A program made the position numbers and the translations under genes. Under the pieces are notes generated by a model, which worked only from the letters and a program-made list of their open reading frames with translations, was not told the origin of the DNA and made no database searches. Shown piece after piece: positions 6,962 to 14,256 of a DNA stretch of 17,306 nucleotides. The first letter of the stretch is position 1. Each line of letters opens with the position of its first letter. Location: the IMG/VR virus record IMGVR_UViG_3300019888_000209, one strand, 5' to 3'. This stretch comes from a virus (Duplodnaviria; Heunggongvirae; Uroviricota; Caudoviricetes).

Positions 6962-8041
6962 TCAGCCTTTGCAAGCTTTTTCGCGCGTCATCTGCCCGTC
7001 GTTCGCTTCCGCGAACTTCTCGCCGTCCGCCTGTTGGTACCACGGCCGCGGCTCGATGCGCAAGTGACCGACGCATTCCGAGTCCTTCGATTCGTGATAT
7101 GCCTGGCAGAGAATGAATTTGCCTTTTCGTTTGGGATCACGAATCACATGGTCGCAGGGCGAATGCGGAATGACATTGATCCGCAGGCTGGCGCGGTACC
7201 AACGTTTCCAGACCACGTACAGATCTTCGGTGCCGCTGCCATCATAACCGTCGAACTGCGCCAGTGAAAGAGCGCGCTTGTTCATCAGCGTGCATCCGAA
7301 CCCGCACCAATCGCTTGGAACAACTGCGCCTATGCCGATTTCTGGATACGCTGCATGCATCCAACCCCGGCGCCGGAAGCCTTTGGAGTTGCAGAAGAAG
7401 ACGTTACCAATCGGCTTACATTGCTGGACCGCTTTCGACAATTCCTGGTATTGCTGCTTCCATTTTGCGTCAGGTTGACCCTTTAATTTCTTCAGGCGCG
7501 CCTGATGTTGATCGATTTTCTTTTTTAAATCCTCCGGAATCTCGCGTTCATCATCGTAGAAATCTGGAAGGATCGGTCGCTCCGGAATACCGCGCCCGCC
7601 GAGGAACGCGCCGCCACCCTGACTAGGATAAGGACAAGTCGAAACCGAATAAAAGCCGTCATCAAACTCCAGCATTTGTTTCATTACCCTCAGAGCATTC
7701 GGCTGTGGTAACACGTCACTATCAAGGCTCCAGCAGAGATCGGCCTGTAGCTGACGTGCGCGGTCAAAGGCGATCGATCTCATCCGGGCGATGATCAACT
7801 GAGCCGCATTTTTATAGTTCGGCAGGCCATCTTCATATTTGCCAGTGAAAAGCTCTACTGAGCTTTCGGCAGGTAGAACCGATTCGTAAAACTTTCTGGC
7901 CTTCTGTATCTCAGGTGAATTGTCGCCGACTAGAATTACCACAGCCCTGGGCTCACGCTCGATACACGCGACAATCTTACGCGCCTGCGCGATAAGTGCA
8001 TACGCATAAGACCGCGTCGAACAAATGGTAACAGCGATCAT
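6962..8041 (-). CDS. GT-A fold glycosyltransferase (GT2/Anp1-like)
   Basis: DxD motif (WSLDSDVL), SDWCGFGCTL and GTEDL, plus a C-terminal PCDH. ATGA overlap with the upstream gene. Confidence 0.75.
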   Translation of the reverse strand: MIAVTICSTRSYAYALIAQARKIVACIEREPRAVVILVGDNSPEIQKARKFYESVLPAESSVELFTGKYEDGLPNYKNAAQLIIARMRSIAFDRARQLQADLCWSLDSDVLPQPNALRVMKQMLEFDDGFYSVSTCPYPSQGGGAFLGGRGIPERPILPDFYDDEREIPEDLKKKIDQHQARLKKLKGQPDAKWKQQYQELSKAVQQCKPIGNVFFCNSKGFRRRGWMHAAYPEIGIGAVVPSDWCGFGCTLMNKRALSLAQFDGYDGSGTEDLYVVWKRWYRASLRINVIPHSPCDHVIRDPKRKGKFILCQAYHESKDSECVGHLRIEPRPWYQQADGEKFAEANDGQMTREKACKG

Positions 8042-10239
8042 ATCGCCACCCAGGTACCCCCTCCAGTATGGGCATGAACGACGAAAGCGTCACAAACTAA
8101 ATTACCGCCTATCACAGAAAACTGTTTGATGGAACGGTGTAGCATCAGTTTATCCGTAGACAGCGCAGTAGTAGTTCCGTTTCCATAATCCGTGGTTCCG
8201 GACGTGGTCGCATCCCATGTTTGCCATATGCCGGAAACGCAAAGTGTTTGCATGTTTGAGTCGGCCGTAAACGCGCGTGGCCTGCCTCCAACCACGCTCT
8301 CAAAATAGCTGGTCACTGAAGAAGCAAGCCCACCGCCGCTGGTAATCTGTGGAACTGTCGTCCCGGCGCTCATAATGGAGTACGTAAAACTGGACGTCTC
8401 CGTGCTATCGGACGCAATTGCATGCAGCCATGTAACTGATATGATCGGGTTAACAGGGCTGCTATTCCATTCTATCTGCCATGTTGTCGGCTCGTTGGTC
8501 GAGGTTACGCCCCTGTAAGTAAACGAACTCGTCCCAGTGCCGTCCGTCGCAGACGTGCCGCCGTTGTAAACGCATTGATATGGAACGCTGACGCTGCTGC
8601 CAGTTCCCGCGAACGCACCTAAAAATAGAAAACTAGGGAACGGAATAGATGCCGGAGCGCCACCGCCGCTTGCGCTCAGACCTAAATAAACGGGATCAGT
8701 CGCAGAAACAGACGGTTGGATCTGGAACCCTTGAAACGCTGGAACGAAAGTTAACAATGAAGCCGCCGCTTGCTGGAGGGAAAAGAGCCCTGGTAAACCA
8801 AACGTCCTCGTAGAGGTAAATCCGTTTACCGTGTTGTTGTGTATCGTATGATCATTGAAAGCTGTTCCTGATCCAACAGCACTACTAAAACTTCCCGAAG
8901 CAGCAAAGCCTATACCAGTATCACTAATAGCTTTTGTTTCACTTGCGGTTGTTGCGATAAATGAATCCGTTGAAAAGAAGCTCGATGTCCCACGGTCTGA
9001 TCCAGTCCATGTTATGAGTTTACCGGTGGTAAAGGAGCCAAGTTTAGGGCTCGAAGACGTTGTGGCTCCAAATGCACCGAACGTAGAAACACTTGTGCCC
9101 ACGGACGGGAGCGAGGAATTTACTGTGTGCGTTCCCACGAAAGAAGAGTACGTGTAGGTCTTGGAAGCCGATGACATGGGTAGTAATCCAACTGCATAAC
9201 TGGAGTAAGTCGTGATCCAACGTGTTAAGTCCAAGTCAGTTGATGCCGTACTCAGAGAAGTCGCATATTCGAATGATGCCGAGAAGCTCGATGTTGCAGC
9301 TGAGGTCGAGCCACTGGCAACAACTGGGTACACAACTACTATTGAACTCGTTCCGAGAGGATACAATGTTACTTCTCCGGTGGCACTTTCGAATAAATCC
9401 GAGAACTCATAACTTGACCACAGGAATTCGCCCGCATCGGTCCCAGGAGCAAATGTAAATAGTATGTCATTACGAACGGCGTCGAATTCTGGCACGAGCA
9501 CGGTTCGAAGAGCATAGGATTCCCCCAAGCCACGAAAGGTGGATGTGGACAACACGGCCACAGTATACGTTTCTGACGAGTCTGTAAATATTGTTGAAGT
9601 TATATTGTCCGAAACAATGACTGTTGTCGGAATGGTTGAATCCGTGTCTGTCGAATTCGTGGTCGTGTGGGTTCCGGCATAAAACGTATGCGTACCCGTA
9701 GAAGTTGATGTTGAAGATCCGAACAACGTCGATGTTATAGCCAAGGTCGTGTCTGAATGATAAGTGGGTGAGACAATAGATCCGGAAAACGAGCCCGTAT
9801 TAGAAGTGAACCCCGAGGTGCCTGGGCTACTAGAATATGCTGCGTAGAGAGTATTCCCACCACTTACTGTACCAGCCGTCCAATTAACAACAGTCTCTGA
9901 GGACAGACTTTGGATTGTCGAGCCATAAGAGGTGGCCGTTCCGGTACCGCCTCCGCCCTCCGTAAATGAACTTCCGTAATGGGTTGACCCGTTTTCATTT
10001 AGAACAGCCCAAGCATTTTGGTTTCCATTAAACCAAGCATGATCGTTTCTGCTAAAGTTATTAGACACAAAGGAGCTGGAATAAAAAGACAAACCTTGTG
10101 CCGATTCCATGTAATTCCCAGATGCATTATAGGTTCCGGTTCCACCGATCTCTACATCAGTAGTGTGGCCTTCGTCCGAACCCGTGCTAGAATGACCAGC
10201 GTAGTTGCTATAAATATAACCCTGAACACAGGCAATCAT
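8038..10239 (-). CDS. Ser/Thr/Gly-rich 733-aa protein, putative tail fibre/receptor-binding or virion surface protein
   Basis: Long ORF directly after the baseplate-hub-like gene. Very rich in Ser/Thr/Gly with few Lys/Arg and no signal peptide. The fibre role is inferred from position. Confidence 0.6.
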   Translation of the reverse strand: MIACVQGYIYSNYAGHSSTGSDEGHTTDVEIGGTGTYNASGNYMESAQGLSFYSSSFVSNNFSRNDHAWFNGNQNAWAVLNENGSTHYGSSFTEGGGGTGTATSYGSTIQSLSSETVVNWTAGTVSGGNTLYAAYSSSPGTSGFTSNTGSFSGSIVSPTYHSDTTLAITSTLFGSSTSTSTGTHTFYAGTHTTTNSTDTDSTIPTTVIVSDNITSTIFTDSSETYTVAVLSTSTFRGLGESYALRTVLVPEFDAVRNDILFTFAPGTDAGEFLWSSYEFSDLFESATGEVTLYPLGTSSIVVVYPVVASGSTSAATSSFSASFEYATSLSTASTDLDLTRWITTYSSYAVGLLPMSSASKTYTYSSFVGTHTVNSSLPSVGTSVSTFGAFGATTSSSPKLGSFTTGKLITWTGSDRGTSSFFSTDSFIATTASETKAISDTGIGFAASGSFSSAVGSGTAFNDHTIHNNTVNGFTSTRTFGLPGLFSLQQAAASLLTFVPAFQGFQIQPSVSATDPVYLGLSASGGGAPASIPFPSFLFLGAFAGTGSSVSVPYQCVYNGGTSATDGTGTSSFTYRGVTSTNEPTTWQIEWNSSPVNPIISVTWLHAIASDSTETSSFTYSIMSAGTTVPQITSGGGLASSVTSYFESVVGGRPRAFTADSNMQTLCVSGIWQTWDATTSGTTDYGNGTTTALSTDKLMLHRSIKQFSVIGGNLVCDAFVVHAHTGGGTWVAI

Positions 10240-10241
10240 GG

Positions 10242-12944
10242 TTACAAAGACGCGATTTCCCAGGTGTAGTATGTGTCGTAATATGGTTCCCCGGGGACAA
10301 GCGGTGAGCGTAGTGCTTGAACACCTGCCAGCGTGGTCGCTTCCAGAACGTTCATGATTAACTGGAAAGGAATTGTATCAACAATAACGCCTAGCAAAAG
10401 AGAAACGTTTTCAGGGGCCACGTTAAGATCGTAATCAATTGGATCAGGCGGTACGTCACTATTCCCGTCGATAACAGCATTCGTAAGCGACACCCCGTCA
10501 CTTGTGCAATCCAGAGTCACATAATAAGTGCCAGTTGCAGCGATAGCCCAATCGCTAAACATATTCGATGGAATAATCTGGTTGATCGTTCCCGGCGCCA
10601 CTTTCACTCGATAGTCTGGTGCTTCCGATGTGCCAAGGTTCACTACCGTGATTTCCCACGGAAACGCTCTCTCTGCTGCACCGCCGAGCTGCACCATCGC
10701 GAGAACGGTTTGACTGCCAGGATAACTCTGGCTCACCACGCGGCCTAACTGCATCGCGCCGCCTACCTTCGCTGTCTGCCCTGAGCCCTTGTCGATGCCA
10801 ATGCTGTCATTGGACTTGAACGGACCCTTCACCCGCACAGGCACGATGCCTTGCGTGGCGCAATTGACCAGGCTCGTCGATTGATCAGCAATAACAATAC
10901 CAGCGAAGTGTTCGCCGGTCGGACCAGGGTGACCATCCGCGCCGAGAAAGATAGGTTGCCCGGCCAGCCAGATATCCGACGAATAAATCTTCGCCACCGA
11001 ACAGTCAGGCGCGCCCACCGGTTTTTCCATAAAATGCGCCAGTGAGCCATATACAGGTTCCAGCGGCGACCGCTTCAGTTCCTTCGACACCTTGGCGATC
11101 AGATCTAGCTCTTTCGATTCGTCTTTTAATTTACGCTGCCCCGGGAACAAATCCTTGGCGCGCTGCTTACGCTCCAGGTCGCGTTCGGCTTCAAAGTTAC
11201 TTTGTGAACGTTCCTTGCTATACTCGACCCGTTCAGTAATCCCTTGGTCGAATGTTAAGCGCACAGTGACGCGGTCAATGGCGCCTGTTAGCGCAGTGCC
11301 ACTGGCGCCGTTCCGAGTGAAACCACCAGCTACGTAGAATTCCTCCTGCGCGGTAAGCGAATTAACGATTAATGTCGCTTTTTGATCGGCGGTATAAAAA
11401 TCGGCGTAAACAATCTCCGTTCCGTCCGCCAGGACGTGTTCGCACAGGCCAGGAACGTAATGCGATCCATGGCGAGCGCCGTCGCCGAATAGCTTCTGGT
11501 ACCGATCTGCGTCCCATACCAGGGCCGCGCGGACCGGCGCATCTTCAATGGTCGCATCTGCATTTGGGACCGCGATCGCTTTTAGCGAGTCAGGAGCGTC
11601 GGTGCTGGCGTTAGGGAAAATAACAAGATCGGTAGAAACGAACACTGCATCCTGAAAAATAATGGTCTTGTTACGCACATCCAGGTTGAACCTGTTGTTA
11701 GCGGTGAACTCAGCGGCCTCGCGATCCAATTCTGCCTGGGTAAGCACCCGCTGCTTCGTTGGATCAACTAGCCCGAGTGGTTGGCCCTTGACTATCAGGA
11801 ACACTTTTGCATCCGGATAGAGTTGGGACGGGTCTTCAGTCATTGCGCCGCCGAGATCGTAATTGATCGCGCATAATAGACCTTCAATGAGGTCTAGCGA
11901 ATCGCGCGGGAACGCGCCTACTTCAGTGTCCAGGATGTAATCGAGTGGCACCCTGTAAGCCTTGAAAACAATGTCATGAAGATAAGTCCAAACCGGTATC
12001 TCCATGCGTCCCACTTCGCCCCACATTCCATAGTCCGCGTAGCCAGCCCCCCATGCTGTCACTAACTCGCGCACAGTGAAGGTGCGCATTTTAGAAGCCA
12101 GCTCAGCCGATTGAGTAAAATCGTTCGGATCAAGCCCAAGGATGCCGGAAAGGTCCGCCTGCCAATCCGCCTCAAGCCAGAAATCCTCGTAGTTGGCATT
12201 CCAACCTGGCTCCAGATCAACCTCAAGATCCTGATAACGGTTCTTGTCACCTACCACAGTAATTTTGGTATCGTTCGCAGACACGGCTTCGCCGTCAGAG
12301 ATATCGCTCGTGCTTGCCGGATCATAAGCCGGAATGTCGCCGCCGCCCTTACGCGCCCACAATAACGTGCTATCTCCTACCAAGGTAAATAACAAGCCTT
12401 GCGCATCCGAGATTTCCTGTAGGACGCTGCCGAGCTTCTTACCGGTCATCGCGTCGATCTCGTGAATTTCCAGTTCCTGCGCCTCGTAGAAGCTGCCCGT
12501 CCATGAATTCACTACGGTCGGCGCGTCCAGGCAGTACTGAATTATCTGATGCGCCGTTAACGGATCATTAGTATAAGTCTTTAACTGGTGCTCCCAGTTA
12601 TCCGGCAAGATATGCATGTACCGTTTCTGCCGATCGATTCCGGGCGTGAGCGGATTGTGTTCGCGCACTTCCACTCTGTTAAATAAGCCAAATACTACGT
12701 CCCACATCAGCTTGACGCGCATGTCCACGAATGAGATCCGGGTATGCGTTCCGTCCTGCGTGTCGTCCGTAAACTGAGTTAGAACACCGTAGTACGAATC
12801 AGCGCCGAGCGTCAGTATGTAATCGCCGCCCACCGTCAGGCCACTCGCGCCAACAGCAGTGATACTCGCCGCGCCAGGGGAAAGCCCCCAGGCGCGCGTA
12901 AACTCCATATCGGCTATAACAGCGCCACCTATTGAGTACGGCAC
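10242..12944 (-). CDS. Putative tail-tip/baseplate hub protein (900 aa) with additional C-terminal domains
   Basis: N-terminal beta-rich region followed by GKKLGSVLQEISDAQGLLFTL...LLWARKG, reminiscent of gp27/late-control-D-like hub proteins. GTG start immediately follows an in-frame TAA. Confidence 0.55.
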   Translation of the reverse strand: MPYSIGGAVIADMEFTRAWGLSPGAASITAVGASGLTVGGDYILTLGADSYYGVLTQFTDDTQDGTHTRISFVDMRVKLMWDVVFGLFNRVEVREHNPLTPGIDRQKRYMHILPDNWEHQLKTYTNDPLTAHQIIQYCLDAPTVVNSWTGSFYEAQELEIHEIDAMTGKKLGSVLQEISDAQGLLFTLVGDSTLLWARKGGGDIPAYDPASTSDISDGEAVSANDTKITVVGDKNRYQDLEVDLEPGWNANYEDFWLEADWQADLSGILGLDPNDFTQSAELASKMRTFTVRELVTAWGAGYADYGMWGEVGRMEIPVWTYLHDIVFKAYRVPLDYILDTEVGAFPRDSLDLIEGLLCAINYDLGGAMTEDPSQLYPDAKVFLIVKGQPLGLVDPTKQRVLTQAELDREAAEFTANNRFNLDVRNKTIIFQDAVFVSTDLVIFPNASTDAPDSLKAIAVPNADATIEDAPVRAALVWDADRYQKLFGDGARHGSHYVPGLCEHVLADGTEIVYADFYTADQKATLIVNSLTAQEEFYVAGGFTRNGASGTALTGAIDRVTVRLTFDQGITERVEYSKERSQSNFEAERDLERKQRAKDLFPGQRKLKDESKELDLIAKVSKELKRSPLEPVYGSLAHFMEKPVGAPDCSVAKIYSSDIWLAGQPIFLGADGHPGPTGEHFAGIVIADQSTSLVNCATQGIVPVRVKGPFKSNDSIGIDKGSGQTAKVGGAMQLGRVVSQSYPGSQTVLAMVQLGGAAERAFPWEITVVNLGTSEAPDYRVKVAPGTINQIIPSNMFSDWAIAATGTYYVTLDCTSDGVSLTNAVIDGNSDVPPDPIDYDLNVAPENVSLLLGVIVDTIPFQLIMNVLEATTLAGVQALRSPLVPGEPYYDTYYTWEIASL

Positions 12945-12960
12945 TTACTTAGAAAAATTA

Positions 12961-13095
12961 GCCACAGATAAAAAAGAGTCGGGGAATCTGGAAGCCAGGA
13001 ACCCTGTTTCCCTGAAAAGAAAATTCCTGGTTTCGTGGTTTCCAGATAACAAATGCCTTTTCCGAATCCGTGTTTCATCCGTGTTAATCCGTGGC
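12961..13095. repeat. Nested inverted repeats: CACGGAT-type outer pair enclosing a CCAGGAA-type inner pair
   Basis: Outer: GCCACAGAT (12961-12969) and ATCCGTGTTTCATCCGTGTTAATCCGTGGC (13066-13095). Inner: AATCTGGAAGCCAGGAA (12985-13001) and ATTCCTGGTTTCGTGGTTTCCAGAT (13023-13047). Confidence 0.92.
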
Positions 13096-13740
13096 CTGTT
13101 TGGGTACAGCTACCAGCGCAACCGGACCGTCTCGCTTCGATGCGATTAACTCCACAAAATCTACACCCATCAGATCAACGTCGTTTCGGCTTGGCTCGAT
13201 ATTCGTTACCTTCACTCCAAGGCCAGGTCGTAACAGAAAATCGAAAGGACGATCGATTTGAGCAGGCGGCCCGGAAGCCAGAGCTTCCATTTCTGTTTCG
13301 ACTTGTTGCCCAGCTCCAACCTCGATCTCTTCCCGAAGCTTGTAGGAACAACCCATCCCGTCCACGACTGCGTGCATCGTCATTCCTTTAAGAAAGTGCA
13401 CCGCTTTCTTCTCGGATGAGATCACAAACCTGCACAACGATCGTACGAACTTCGCGGCAAGCGCGCGTTCCCATGTTTCGCCGGCGCTGATATCGGCTTG
13501 CACCAGAGCGCCAGGTGCATGCGACTGAACGTTCAGGCTGAGCCACGCTCGTCTTGATTTCCTGATCGACTGCCACTCCTCCCACTGGCCCGTGTTCTTG
13601 TCGCCAAACCGTAATCGCACTTCATAAAGAGCGGGCTCGCCCGCCGTAGCCTCGGGCGAAGGCGGGTCCCATTGCAGCCAGACGTGCGTCCCGTCCCACG
13701 CTCCAACGATGCGCGCATTTAACATAGGTATGGCAGACAT
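13084..13740 (-). CDS. Putative virion protein: FN3/Ig-like N-terminus plus baseplate-J-like beta segment (218 aa)
   Basis: VWLQWDPP...ALYEVRLR is an FN3-like pattern. YKLREEIEVGAGQQVETEMEALASG...GVKVTNIEP resembles the barrel of baseplate J-like proteins. Confidence 0.5.
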   Translation of the reverse strand: MSAIPMLNARIVGAWDGTHVWLQWDPPSPEATAGEPALYEVRLRFGDKNTGQWEEWQSIRKSRRAWLSLNVQSHAPGALVQADISAGETWERALAAKFVRSLCRFVISSEKKAVHFLKGMTMHAVVDGMGCSYKLREEIEVGAGQQVETEMEALASGPPAQIDRPFDFLLRPGLGVKVTNIEPSRNDVDLMGVDFVELIASKRDGPVALVAVPKQATD

Positions 13741-13769
13741 TTTCCGGTCTGCCAGCGGAGGGAGCTGGA

Positions 13770-14111
13770 TTAACTCGCCGTTGATGGTGCCGTGGTTGCA
13801 GCAGCCTGAACTGCTGGCGGAGTCGCAGCCGACACTGTTGCCGGAAGCGAACTCGCGCTTTGATTAGGTGCTGGTGCCACACTCGCGACAGCCTGCACGT
13901 CTGCGGGCGTAGGCGGGACAACCGCCGCGATCTGATTGACGGCCGAATTGATCTGCGCCACATCAGCATCCGTGAGTTGAACGGATGTCTTCAGTTGCGC
14001 CTGGAGATCGGCTATCTGGCCTTTCAACGTCGCAATCTGAGCCACGTTATCGCTGTCGGTATGTACCAACGCGACAAACGCTGCCACCAATTGAATGATT
14101 AGGTTTCTCAT
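13770..14111 (-). CDS. Hypothetical protein (113 aa): hydrophobic N-terminus, short coiled coil, Pro/Ala/Thr/Ser-rich tail
   Basis: Start reassigned to ATG 14111 because of a strong RBS (AAAGGAG) just upstream. First gene of the leftward operon. Confidence 0.7.
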   Translation of the reverse strand: MRNLIIQLVAAFVALVHTDSDNVAQIATLKGQIADLQAQLKTSVQLTDADVAQINSAVNQIAAVVPPTPADVQAVASVAPAPNQSASSLPATVSAATPPAVQAAATTAPSTAS

Positions 14112-14210
14112 TTTGTGCTCCTTTCGTTTTTTTGGTTTCTTTGTTTTCATTACCGTAAGACACATCGCTATCGCATCGCTGCTTGTCTTTCAATGAAAAT
14201 CCGTTTTCGA

Positions 14211-14246
14211 TTGACAAAATTAAAGCAAATCGGATAGCTTTTGCTT
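14211..14246 (+). promoter_or_regulatory. Putative sigma70 promoter with an overlapping operator-like inverted repeat
   Basis: Perfect TTGACA (14211-14216), 18-bp spacer, TAGCTT (14235-14240). AAGCAAA (14223-14229) and TTTGCTT (14240-14246) form an inverted repeat across the -10. Confidence 0.55.
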
Positions 14247-14256
14247 CCGTCGCCCA

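Noticed and set aside
8038-10239. Diversity-generating retroelement target
   Set aside because: No reverse transcriptase gene and no template/variable repeat pair differing at adenines was seen in the window.
4248-13095. Hairpins as intrinsic terminators
   Set aside because: Loops are long, stems are periodically mismatched, and there is no consistent U-tract on the coding strand. They lie inside an apparently continuous operon.
14164-14193. Leftward sigma70 promoter (TTGAAA at 14193-14188)
   Set aside because: The -10 at 16-18 bp spacing is poor (TAGCGA), so it is not supportable from sequence alone.
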